The notes below the pieces were generated by a model that ran no database searches, was not told where the DNA came from, and saw nothing but the letters and a program-made list of their open reading frames with translations. Source: a virus. Taken from it: DNA of 28,404 bases. The number at the start of each line of letters is the position of its first letter. Position 1 is the first letter of the stretch. The translations under genes were made by a program, and so were the position numbers. Of the stretch, positions 17,134-25,805 are shown piece after piece. The DNA lies in IMG/VR virus record IMGVR_UViG_3300033148_007780. One strand, 5' to 3'.

Positions 17134-17619
17134 ATGGTTAGATATGTAAAACAAAAAGATGATACGAGTTGTGGACCAATTGCTCTTATTAATACTTTGA
17201 AATGGCTCGGTTACAAAGTATCATATGATTTTATTCATGTTGCTCGTTATTTGTGCAAATGGGATGGTAAGAACTCAGAAGACGGCGCCGGCACAACAGA
17301 TAAAAATCTTGACTCGGCATTGAAATATTTTAAAATAAAGAAGAAGCGCAAGGTTCAACCAAAACTTAAAGAAATTGATGATCATTTGGATTCTGGTGGG
17401 GCCGTTATTATTAGTTATTACAACACTTATTCAATGCCAGGATTTAAAATAGATTTGGGTCATTATGCGTTGTGTATAGGGCGAACATCACAAACATATA
17501 TGATGGTAAATGACATATGCAAAAAAGCAAAAAATAAAAGATATAAAGATACGATGAAGGCAATACTTAGAAATGAAGTTGATGGAGACAAATGTTCAGT
17601 ATGGCTTATATCTAAATAA
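17134..17619 (+). CDS. Papain-fold cysteine peptidase, C39-like
   Basis: Q-x4-DTSCGPIALINTLKWLG (C39 Cys motif) and GHYALCIG (His). Confidence 0.55.
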   Translation: MVRYVKQKDDTSCGPIALINTLKWLGYKVSYDFIHVARYLCKWDGKNSEDGAGTTDKNLDSALKYFKIKKKRKVQPKLKEIDDHLDSGGAVIISYYNTYSMPGFKIDLGHYALCIGRTSQTYMMVNDICKKAKNKRYKDTMKAILRNEVDGDKCSVWLISK

Positions 17620-17630
17620 TCAAGGGTAAT

Positions 17631-18011
17631 GTGATTGTGCACAGAAACAAAAAAAATAGAATAATTGAATTGGAAAATTATAAAAAGAAATGGGGAATGA
17701 AAGATTATCGTATATTTATTAGAATGCATAGAAATATTCATATAATACATAAAAATATTCATATAATACATAAAAATATTATTGATAAAGGAAAGTCAGT
17801 AAAGATTGATGAATACCATTTCTTTAATCCAATTATTAATAAACATGTATTTGAAATTACTTCAATTAAGACATTTTTGAATAGGGCTAAAGCAGTTTTT
17901 AAAAGCATAAACACAATAATAGTACATGATTCAAGTGATATGTATCAAGTTTTTTGTTCTTTTGATGAAGTAAAACAACACATGCTAATACGAAAACTTG
18001 CAGGAGTTTAA
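17631..18011 (+). CDS. Hypothetical protein containing an in-frame tandem repeat (NIHIIHK x2)
   Basis: GTG start in the track; alternative ATG at 17691. Confidence 0.4.
   Translation: MIVHRNKKNRIIELENYKKKWGMKDYRIFIRMHRNIHIIHKNIHIIHKNIIDKGKSVKIDEYHFFNPIINKHVFEITSIKTFLNRAKAVFKSINTIIVHDSSDMYQVFCSFDEVKQHMLIRKLAGV
17733..17780 (+). repeat. 21-bp tandem repeat, about 2.3 copies (aatattcatataatacataaa)
   Basis: Perfect copies at 17733-17753 and 17754-17774, plus a partial third. Confidence 0.8.
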
Positions 18012-18012
18012 T

Positions 18013-18354
18013 ATGGGATCTTGGGATTATGGCCCTTGTGATAATGATAGTGCAGCAGACTGGTTTTATAAAGTAGGAGACATAGGTTTATATGATTTGG
18101 TTGAACGCGGATTGAATAGCGAAAATTATTATGAACAACGGGCTGCGGCTTGGTTGATTCAAAAACTTGGTACAGCCTTTGTTTATGATGTTTACAAACT
18201 TGACGAACACAAAAAGTTAGCCACTTCAAAACTTCGATCTATATTAAAAGACCAAGAATGGATTGACGGATGGAACGATTCTAATAAAATTATAGACAGC
18301 ATAGAGCAACAAATTTATGAAATAGAAGGTTCAAATACATTGCCAAAATTATAG
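18013..18354 (+). CDS. Hypothetical protein
   Basis: ATG at 18013 preceded by CAGGAG. Confidence 0.5.
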   Translation: MGSWDYGPCDNDSAADWFYKVGDIGLYDLVERGLNSENYYEQRAAAWLIQKLGTAFVYDVYKLDEHKKLATSKLRSILKDQEWIDGWNDSNKIIDSIEQQIYEIEGSNTLPKL

Positions 18355-18435
18355 AAATATATTAAAAACGCTCCAAACAGTATATAAAATTAAGACTAAT
18401 TTATAAAAAACCGAAAACAAAATAGGATCGAAAGA

Positions 18436-18936
18436 ATGAGCATAAAATTAATATCCAAAGCTCCACATAAAAAATATGTCGCAAGTATATCTAATTTACA
18501 ACAAGTTAAAAAATTGTGTGTGCTACTTCGCAAACAAAAGGATAGGCAGCTTGAGGTAGTAATTAATGGAAATAGCACTAAGTTCAATTCAATCGCTGGT
18601 AGAAAAAGATTTGTTTCAGGCTTCGAATGTGCTTTTAAGATTGCATTAGATAAATCCGATTTGATATTAAGCGCGCGGCATAATGCTTTGCAACAAGAAG
18701 CACAGGCGGCAAAACATCAATTAAACGAAATGTCAAAACAATATATGGCAAAATACGCAGTCATGAATATTCGCAAGGCAACATGGGAAGATTATATTGC
18801 CGAATTAGAAGATGATCGAGTGATTTTAAAAACGGCACTTGACAAGTTAAAGCGCCCGAAAATTATAAAAAAACGCAAACCATATAAAAAGAAGAATAAG
18901 AAAAATGTTTCGGCCAAGGTTAATTCACGAAAATAG
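18436..18936 (+). CDS. Hypothetical protein with basic C-terminal tail
   Basis: C-terminus KRPKIIKKRKPYKKKNKKNVSAKVNSRK. Confidence 0.5.
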   Translation: MSIKLISKAPHKKYVASISNLQQVKKLCVLLRKQKDRQLEVVINGNSTKFNSIAGRKRFVSGFECAFKIALDKSDLILSARHNALQQEAQAAKHQLNEMSKQYMAKYAVMNIRKATWEDYIAELEDDRVILKTALDKLKRPKIIKKRKPYKKKNKKNVSAKVNSRK

Positions 18937-18947
18937 GAAATTTAATT

Positions 18948-19250
18948 ATGTTTAAGTGGTTGATAACAATATGTTTTATTTTTACATCTGGTTGCTCAAT
19001 AGGAATGACTAATCAAATGAGTCCTCTTAAACTCAAAGGTCATCCAGTGTGGCCAGTCATTGTTGATTCTGGTTTAGTTATCGGATTAAGCACTGCCACA
19101 GCAATTATGGCCGATCAACATTTTGAATCAAGAAATGATAGGGCATTGTATGTCACAAGTGCAACGTTTCTTACGTTTGCATTTATAATATCTTTATTAG
19201 CCGGTTTAGACAATATTAAATGTCAAAAACGATTAGATGGAGCCAAATAA
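18948..19250 (+). CDS. Lipoprotein/membrane protein
   Basis: Lipobox FTSGC; hydrophobic segments. Confidence 0.5.
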   Translation: MFKWLITICFIFTSGCSIGMTNQMSPLKLKGHPVWPVIVDSGLVIGLSTATAIMADQHFESRNDRALYVTSATFLTFAFIISLLAGLDNIKCQKRLDGAK

Positions 19251-19630
19251 TGATAGATGATAATATTATGGATATCGAAGTCGAAAAATTTTATGTGTAT
19301 CGAAGCTTGCACCAAGATGAATCATGGGGCGCAATAATTATAGGTAATAATACTATTGCATATTTGCCAAATATAACTTTTGGTATGAAAATTTATGCTA
19401 AAAATGAAAAAGAAGCCATTGCGAAAGCTAAAGCAAATTATGATAAAATTCATGCCCATGATGGAGACAAAGATAATATTCGTGTATTTGCTGCTTCGGC
19501 CCTAAAAGCATTTCTTACTCGCGGGTGTGATATTGATATGGTAACATCGAGAGCACTTATGTGTGCGACAATGCTAAACAAAAAATTCAATAAATATTTT
19601 AAAGAGATAGAGGAAGAAAACAATGGATGA
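19250..19630 (+). CDS. Hypothetical protein
   Basis: ATG at 19250 overlaps the upstream stop (TAATG); GGAG SD. Confidence 0.5.
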   Translation: MIDDNIMDIEVEKFYVYRSLHQDESWGAIIIGNNTIAYLPNITFGMKIYAKNEKEAIAKAKANYDKIHAHDGDKDNIRVFAASALKAFLTRGCDIDMVTSRALMCATMLNKKFNKYFKEIEEENNG

Positions 19631-19940
19631 TAAGCATATGACTACTGATCGAATTGCACCCTTACTCGCTGAAGGTGATACGGTTGAGTACAAAGAGCTG
19701 ATCGAGAAATTAGAAGAATTGTTCGGACGAAATGCTCATAAAGTTTACGATACTTTTAACGTTACTATGATTAAAGATCAGAAGCTTGGTATTGCTCTTG
19801 TGTTTGAGGGCGAACGAGAAGAGTCTAAAGAAGAAACAGCATATCGTGAGGCAGAAGAAGGCGCTAAGAAAAAGCGCGTTGAAGATGCCGAGCTGAAGGA
19901 GTATTTGAGATTGCATAAAAAATATGGTAGAAAGAAGTAA
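19623..19940 (+). CDS. Highly charged hypothetical protein
   Basis: E/K-rich C-terminus; GAGGAAG SD. Confidence 0.45.
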   Translation: MDDKHMTTDRIAPLLAEGDTVEYKELIEKLEELFGRNAHKVYDTFNVTMIKDQKLGIALVFEGEREESKEETAYREAEEGAKKKRVEDAELKEYLRLHKKYGRKK

Positions 19941-19970
19941 GCGCCCCGGCAGAATATAAATAGAAACAAT

Positions 19971-20174
19971 ATGATAAAAATATTTTTAAGCATGTTTGTC
20001 GTCGCAGGTATAAGTTTTGCCGCTGGTTATAGTGTAACTTCTGCAACCTATATTGAGCGTCGTGAATTATTTGAACAAGCGCATGAAATATTTTGCAAAG
20101 ATTGTTGCTGGAAACATGAATATATTTATACCTGTACTAAGAAAAAAGAGCAATTATGGAAAAGGATTAATTAA
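19971..20174 (+). CDS. Small membrane protein
   Basis: N-terminal TM IKIFLSMFVVAGISFAAGY. Confidence 0.4.
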   Translation: MIKIFLSMFVVAGISFAAGYSVTSATYIERRELFEQAHEIFCKDCCWKHEYIYTCTKKKEQLWKRIN

Positions 20175-20186
20175 GTGATCCACAAA

Positions 20187-20549
20187 ATGAAATATTTTGC
20201 ATCTTTACCATCAAGAATTAAAAAGAAATTAAAAAGAAATTATACTTTATGTAATCACGAAACAAGTAGAATGCACTGTTTGTTAAAAAATATATTTACT
20301 TTAAGTGGTGCAGCGGTGGCTTTTACAAAATCAAATAGAATTATTGGCTGGTCGAGTGTCGAAAATAGCAAAATTAATGACGTTACGCTTGTGTGTACAT
20401 TTGTTTCCGAAAAGCATAGACATAAAGGATATGCCAAACAATTGGTACATCGTTGCATTGAAGAAAATGAACGAAGAAATTATTTAATTTATAGTCACAT
20501 ACAAAATAGATTTGTTCAGATTGGTGATATTTTGTATGAAAATAATTAA
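20187..20549 (+). CDS. GNAT-like acetyltransferase (tentative)
   Basis: VCTFVSEKHRHKGYAKQLVHRCIEE resembles the GNAT acetyl-CoA-binding motif. Confidence 0.45.
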   Translation: MKYFASLPSRIKKKLKRNYTLCNHETSRMHCLLKNIFTLSGAAVAFTKSNRIIGWSSVENSKINDVTLVCTFVSEKHRHKGYAKQLVHRCIEENERRNYLIYSHIQNRFVQIGDILYENN

Positions 20550-20570
20550 AGGTGATAGAAAGCGCGCGCA

Positions 20571-20936
20571 ATGAAGTATCACGATGCATCTATTTCAAAA
20601 AACGGAATTAAATTAGGCGACTTTGTATTGGTTAATAAAATTAATGGATATTATGGTCGTGTTATAAGAATAATGAAAAGAACGCATGAAAAACATGACT
20701 GGCAAGTTAATAATGGGAAGCATAAAGTTTGCGTTGGAGAAGAATTGGCGTCCTCTATTACTGTAACAAAAGTTATTAATCTTGATTTAACCACTACCAA
20801 AAGACAAGTTACATCTGTGGTGAGTGATGATAAAATAACTAATATTACTAAAGAATTTATTTCTAAAATGTTTAGAAAACTTAATGATACCGCGGCGTAT
20901 ATTAAAATGATTAACGAACAAAGCGAGACCATATAA
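20571..20936 (+). CDS. Hypothetical protein
   Basis: AAAGGTG SD. Confidence 0.45.
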   Translation: MKYHDASISKNGIKLGDFVLVNKINGYYGRVIRIMKRTHEKHDWQVNNGKHKVCVGEELASSITVTKVINLDLTTTKRQVTSVVSDDKITNITKEFISKMFRKLNDTAAYIKMINEQSETI

Positions 20937-20958
20937 TAGACCGAAGGGATTGGTAATT

Positions 20959-21369
20959 ATGAACAAAGAAAATACAAGAAAACTTTTTAAGCGGTTTGCT
21001 TTTTTAAAGAAAACCAATATGCCCAACGAGTTTAATTGTGGCGACGGCTGGTACTCATTGGTGTATAATATGTGTAAAGAAATAAAAGCATCTAATCCTC
21101 CAGCTACATTTTATATCACACACATTGGCGAGCGTAACGGTGGGCTTAATGTTTATACAAAAAATGGTGTAATGCGAACACGAGTTATTATAGATGAGTT
21201 TAATACGACATCAATTGAAATATGTGATGGTTGCGGAAATGATCGTGATTTAGAAATGTGTAATAAGTGTACGATTCCGGTCATTGAATGCCCAGATCCA
21301 GAAGAAAATGCTGATAAAACAGAAAACGAATGCAATACTTGTTCTGATAACAAATGTGGATGTGCGTAA
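20959..21369 (+). CDS. Cys-rich hypothetical protein
   Basis: CDGCGNDRDLEMCNKCTIPVIECPDP...CNTCSDNKCGCA. Confidence 0.5.
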   Translation: MNKENTRKLFKRFAFLKKTNMPNEFNCGDGWYSLVYNMCKEIKASNPPATFYITHIGERNGGLNVYTKNGVMRTRVIIDEFNTTSIEICDGCGNDRDLEMCNKCTIPVIECPDPEENADKTENECNTCSDNKCGCA

Positions 21370-21393
21370 TATTAAAGAATAAGTTATTTAACA

Positions 21394-22536
21394 ATGGTTC
21401 CTCTAATAATATTGATCACGTTGGTACAAGCTTCCACGACGCAAGAACAAAATATAACCCATACGGTCGCTGTCGGCAACCCACTGGCTGATGCGACGGT
21501 TCATGCCTCACACTACGCAGCCGTGCCTGCCGCCATGGGCTACGCCATGGAGGCCTTTGCCCAACGCTATCCAGATATCGACCGCAACCTGGCCTACCGC
21601 TTCCTGGAAATGGCGGTCATGGTGGGCGCCGAAGTGCCGTGGATGGTTCTTAGCCACGAGGGGGGCCACTACCGCGCCGCAACGCGGCATGGCTGGGATG
21701 CCGAGATCGAAATGACTGGTTGGGCCAGTGGGCTGACGCGCATTAGACTCTCTTCCGATATCCACACAATTAATCAACAACTCGTCGAAATTACTGCCGC
21801 AGGCATTAATCAAGAAACAATAAATTCATTACATATTTATCGCAACTGGGTAATTAATGGTAGTGTACGTTATCAAGAAGCGTTAAGTTTTTTATTGGCC
21901 GAAACAAATATGGCCTTGTACGCGATTAGTACATTTCAAAAAGGCAATAATATTTCTGAGCCAGACGATATTAATATTTATATTCAGCTTCTTAACGCAA
22001 AAAATCAAGATATTAAAATTTCTGATCTTATGGAAGCGGCACTGATTGCAAATTTATTTTCGGCATCTTTTTGGGCTGCGCTGATTGGAAATATTCAATT
22101 TGTTGTAACTGGTGACAGGCATATTAGTATTCCAAGTTTCAACATAGGTTTAGTTGAAATTATTCTTCCAAATTTTCATTTATTTCTTGATAGTAAAGGT
22201 CCGTTTTTTGGTGGAACGATTGTTATTAATCCGAAGAATTTCATACCAATAGAATTGCGTACTGATATTCGATTTAATGGCCAAACAGTAGCAACAAGTC
22301 TACGACTACACAAAATTATAATTCTCGATTGGTTGTGCGTTAGTCCTCATCTCGCTGGATCTTACGATATCAATCAAGGAATCGGTTATATTATTGGTGC
22401 TGACATTGGTATTAATTTTAATCGCGACCTTGGCGTTATTGTAGGTGCCACTTATATTCATGATTTTGCATTCAATGAGGTTCGAGGACGCAATAATGGA
22501 ATTACAATTAATGCAGGAATAGAATTGCCCTTCTAA
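21394..22536 (+). CDS. Secreted protein with a GC-rich mosaic N-terminal domain (HEGGH motif) and an outer-membrane beta-barrel-like C-terminus
   Basis: Signal-peptide-like N-terminus. Nucleotides 21463-21742 are about 65% GC inside a 28% GC gene. C-terminal ...NGITINAGIELPF has alternating hydrophobics and a terminal Phe. Confidence 0.6.
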   Translation: MVPLIILITLVQASTTQEQNITHTVAVGNPLADATVHASHYAAVPAAMGYAMEAFAQRYPDIDRNLAYRFLEMAVMVGAEVPWMVLSHEGGHYRAATRHGWDAEIEMTGWASGLTRIRLSSDIHTINQQLVEITAAGINQETINSLHIYRNWVINGSVRYQEALSFLLAETNMALYAISTFQKGNNISEPDDINIYIQLLNAKNQDIKISDLMEAALIANLFSASFWAALIGNIQFVVTGDRHISIPSFNIGLVEIILPNFHLFLDSKGPFFGGTIVINPKNFIPIELRTDIRFNGQTVATSLRLHKIIILDWLCVSPHLAGSYDINQGIGYIIGADIGINFNRDLGVIVGATYIHDFAFNEVRGRNNGITINAGIELPF

Positions 22537-22590
22537 TTATTAGTTCAATAGTATTTTAAAATATAAGAATCAGTTTAATATGGGGCAAAT

Positions 22591-22764
22591 ATGAATGCAC
22601 CAAATATAAGAGAACGTCCTTGGAAAAATATTGACTCAATGATCTTAGGATTATGTTATATTTTGACAGGAATTATAATGATGATCAGCTTTGGTTATTA
22701 CTATAGAGGATTCTGCGTTGATTATGCGCTTTGGAGAACGAAAAAAATAAATGGGATTAGATAA
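22591..22764 (+). CDS. Small membrane protein (57 aa)
   Basis: TM segment ILGLCYILTGIIMMISFGYYY; weak SD. Confidence 0.3.
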   Translation: MNAPNIRERPWKNIDSMILGLCYILTGIIMMISFGYYYRGFCVDYALWRTKKINGIR

Positions 22765-22767
22765 TAA

Positions 22768-22992
22768 ATGAGAATAAAAAAGAAACCTGATCATTGGCCA
22801 GCTACATCACCAAAACAACAAATCGAGGGGCTTAAATTTATTGTGAAGCAAATAAATATTACGGATTTCGAATGGTCCCTTAAGCTATTGACTTGGAACA
22901 AATATATGAGTAAATCTAAGATGGCATCACTGTTAAGACGTTATAGAAAAATAGCTAACATTTCGTATAATCAGTGGAGAAAAGACAAATGA
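22768..22992 (+). CDS. Hypothetical basic protein
   Basis: ATGA overlap with the downstream ligase gene. Confidence 0.4.
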   Translation: MRIKKKPDHWPATSPKQQIEGLKFIVKQINITDFEWSLKLLTWNKYMSKSKMASLLRRYRKIANISYNQWRKDK

Positions 22993-24161
22993 GTACCATA
23001 GAAACGAAAATAGTTAAAGCAAAAATATTTCCACATTCGAACGCCGATAGATTAGAAATGGCACAGTTATTCGGAGATGGTGGATTTGAGTGCGTTGTTG
23101 GTAAAGGGCAATTTTTAAATGGCGATCTTGTCATATATATAATGCCTGACTCCATACTTAATGAAGAAATGTGTACGATTTTGGCAGAACGTAGCAAAAT
23201 ACAAATTAAAGACGGCCGCATTAGAGCGATTAAGGTACGCGGTATACTTTCCGAAGGACTGTGTTTAGACCCAAAAGAGTGGTTGGATCATGAGGTTAAA
23301 GAAGGTGATGATGTAAGCGAAGAACTTCGGATTACAAAGTTTGAGCCCCCACCAAAGCGTATGCAGAGTGTTGCAAGAAGCGGTAAAGGAATCAACTTTA
23401 ATTATGAGAATGAAAATTTTAAAAAATATTATTGCGTAGAGAAATTTAAGAAATCCCCGAAAATTTTAGCCGAATTGAATCAGGATGTGGTCGCTACAAT
23501 AAAATATCACGGCATGAATTGGAGAGGTGGGTGGGTTACAAAGCCGGTCTATAAAAAGACATGGTGGAACAAACTTATTAATCTATTTATTAAGGAAGAG
23601 CCAAAAGAGTTTTTGATTGGGTCGCATAATAAAATTAAAATTCCAACAAAAAATTCTATTAAATATGGGGATTATTATAATACAGATGCTTGGTGGAGAA
23701 TTGCCAAAAAATATAATATAGAAACCATTGTTAAACAAATTTCAGAACAAGAATCATTAATTTCTTATGGACAAAAAGAGCCGCCAAATGTAATAATATA
23801 TGCAGAGGTAGTTGGCCCCGGATGTCAGAAAAATTATTGTTATGGAGTTGAACGGGGAGAGTTAGAAATTAGAGTATTCGACATTATGATTAACGGAAAA
23901 TATTCTGATTGGGATAAGGTAGTTCATTTGTGCAAATGCTTTGATTTACCCATTGCCGAAGAAGTATATTCGGGTCCTTGGAGCCTTGATGTGGTTAAAT
24001 ATGCGTCCGGAAAAGACGAATACAATGGTAAAAAGCATATTAGAGAGGGCATTGTAATTAGACCGCTTATTGAGTCATGGCACCCAAAATGTGGTAGAGT
24101 AATTTTCAAATATCTTAATGAGACTTATTTGCTTAATAAAAATAACACGGAACATCATTAA
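22989..24161 (+). CDS. RNA ligase (Rnl2/ATP-dependent nucleotidyltransferase family) with N-terminal tRNA-binding OB (Myf/EMAP-like) domain
   Basis: N-terminal VKAKIFPHSNADRLEMAQL...ECVVGKGQF..GDLVIYIMPDSIL fits the Myf/Trbp111 pattern; KYHGMNW (KxHGxN motif I); the track start at 22974 is a GTG. Confidence 0.7.
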   Translation: MSTIETKIVKAKIFPHSNADRLEMAQLFGDGGFECVVGKGQFLNGDLVIYIMPDSILNEEMCTILAERSKIQIKDGRIRAIKVRGILSEGLCLDPKEWLDHEVKEGDDVSEELRITKFEPPPKRMQSVARSGKGINFNYENENFKKYYCVEKFKKSPKILAELNQDVVATIKYHGMNWRGGWVTKPVYKKTWWNKLINLFIKEEPKEFLIGSHNKIKIPTKNSIKYGDYYNTDAWWRIAKKYNIETIVKQISEQESLISYGQKEPPNVIIYAEVVGPGCQKNYCYGVERGELEIRVFDIMINGKYSDWDKVVHLCKCFDLPIAEEVYSGPWSLDVVKYASGKDEYNGKKHIREGIVIRPLIESWHPKCGRVIFKYLNETYLLNKNNTEHH

Positions 24162-24176
24162 ATTAGGAATTCGATA

Positions 24177-24443
24177 ATGCCTATTTATGAATATGTATGC
24201 CCGATATGCAAAAAGGAAAAAGAAATTATACAACATTTCGATGATCCGCCGCCAGAATGCGAAAAATGTCATAAAAATATGGAAAAAATAATGAGTTTAT
24301 CTTCATTTGCTCTTAAAGGCACCGGATGGTACATAACTGATTACGGAAGAAAGAAGAAAGCCAGTGGAATTAATAAATTACCTAAAGACAAACGGACTAA
24401 AAAATCTGGTAGAACAGCACAAGATAAGTGCAAAAAGGCATAG
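24177..24443 (+). CDS. FmdB-family zinc-ribbon protein
   Basis: MPIYEYVCPICKK...PPECEKCH...FALKGTGWYITDY matches the FmdB signature. Confidence 0.65.
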   Translation: MPIYEYVCPICKKEKEIIQHFDDPPPECEKCHKNMEKIMSLSSFALKGTGWYITDYGRKKKASGINKLPKDKRTKKSGRTAQDKCKKA

Positions 24444-25443
24444 TGAATATAATAATCTTGTGTTGCTAAAGTATAATCAAATCGAATCAGACATGGGCAA
24501 TAAAATAGTTCAGCAATGTAGGGGAATTATTATTGATGAGGCGGATGATTATAAGATAATTTGCAGGATATTTGATAAGTTTTTTAATTTTTCTGAGGGC
24601 CACGCAGCAAAAATAGACTTCGAAAACTCACGCATTTATGAAAAGGTTGACGGATCTTTGTGTCAACTGTATTATTATGATGGAGAGTGGAGAGTTTCTA
24701 CAAGTGGAAGCCCAGATGCCGGCGGAAGTGTTGGTGATTTTAACAAGACTTTTAAAGAATTATTTTGGGAAACTTGGAGTGATTTAAATTATAAGTTGCC
24801 AGATGATACCAATATTTCGTACGCCTTTGAGCTTTTAACTCCGTACAATACAATTGTTGTACAGCATAAAGACAGCACTATTGCTTTGCTCGGGGCGCGG
24901 AATTTAGTTACGCAAAAAGAACTCAACCCAATTATAGAATCCCATCAAAACGGATGGCAGTGTGTGAAAACATTTGACTTTGAAGATCGTGAGGAAATAG
25001 AAAAAATACTGAAAGGCATGAACGGATCAGAGCAAGAAGGCTTTGTCGTATGTGATATTAATAGTTATAATCGCGTAAAGATGAAGTGCGAAGATTACGT
25101 TAAAAAGCATCGTTTAGTATCCTGTATGAGTCAAAGAAATATGTTGGATGCGGTAAGGACCAATGAAGGTGATGAAATACTTTTATATGCCCCACAATTC
25201 GAAAAGTTATTTTGGGAAATAAAGTGTAATTACGAGAGGCTTGTAGGGCGTATTGAAGGGTTTTATGATGCAACAAAACACATAGAAGATAAAAAAGAAT
25301 TTGCTCTATTGGTAAAAGATCAAAAGTTTTCTGGTGTATTATTTGGTTTGCGACATGGAAAAATAAACAGTATTCGACAAGGTATAGCCGACATGAATAT
25401 TAAGCAACTTGAGCAATGGCTTGGTATGAAATTGAAAGAATAA
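24364..25443 (+). CDS. rnlA: RNA ligase 1 (T4 RnlA family)
   Basis: QCRGIII...RIFDKFFNFSE and KVDGSL (motif I KxDG) parallel T4 Rnl1 ECRGIMF...RPMEKFFNLNE and KEDGSL; overlaps the FmdB gene by 80 nt in another frame. Confidence 0.85.
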   Translation: MELINYLKTNGLKNLVEQHKISAKRHSEYNNLVLLKYNQIESDMGNKIVQQCRGIIIDEADDYKIICRIFDKFFNFSEGHAAKIDFENSRIYEKVDGSLCQLYYYDGEWRVSTSGSPDAGGSVGDFNKTFKELFWETWSDLNYKLPDDTNISYAFELLTPYNTIVVQHKDSTIALLGARNLVTQKELNPIIESHQNGWQCVKTFDFEDREEIEKILKGMNGSEQEGFVVCDINSYNRVKMKCEDYVKKHRLVSCMSQRNMLDAVRTNEGDEILLYAPQFEKLFWEIKCNYERLVGRIEGFYDATKHIEDKKEFALLVKDQKFSGVLFGLRHGKINSIRQGIADMNIKQLEQWLGMKLKE

Positions 25444-25445
25444 TA

Positions 25446-25718
25446 ATGAATAGACACAATCATAAGCAAAAACTCAAAGATATTGGTCGATACAGTTTGA
25501 ATAATAAAACGGCAATAGGAAAAAGCGAAGTTTGTGGTTGTTATTATTGTTGCCGCACATTCATGCCGTTAGAAATTATAGAGTGGATTGATTCTAATAA
25601 TACAGCATTGTGTCCTCGGTGCGGCATTGATTCTGTTTTGCCAAGTTATATAACTGGTATTGACACAATCACTGATTCCGAATTTTTAAATGATATGCAC
25701 GAATACTGGTTTGTTTAG
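25446..25718 (+). CDS. Cys-rich zinc-finger protein
   Basis: CGCYYCC...CPRCG; alternative track start at 25416. Confidence 0.5.
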   Translation: MNRHNHKQKLKDIGRYSLNNKTAIGKSEVCGCYYCCRTFMPLEIIEWIDSNNTALCPRCGIDSVLPSYITGIDTITDSEFLNDMHEYWFV

Positions 25719-25777
25719 TAGATAAAAAAAAAATTGTATATTTTATTTGTTTATTGAAAGAAATCAAGATCTGTTGC

Positions 25778-25805
25778 TTGACCCCTAAAAGAAAAATGGT
25801 ATTAT
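25778..25805 (+). promoter_or_regulatory. Sigma70-like promoter candidate TTGACC-N16-TATTAT
   Basis: -35 at 25778-25783 and -10 at 25800-25805, which overlaps the track ATG at 25804. Confidence 0.3.

Noticed and set aside
21640-21665. HEGGH in ORF 21394 interpreted as a fourth zinc metallopeptidase
   Set aside because: A bare HExxH in an Ala-rich foreign segment is not sufficient to call it. It is reported only as part of the mosaic-domain finding.
21491-21813. ORFs 21491..21715(+) and 21508..21813(-) inside the GC-rich segment
   Set aside because: They are side effects of 65% GC (few stops). The main frame continues through the signal peptide and C-terminal domain.
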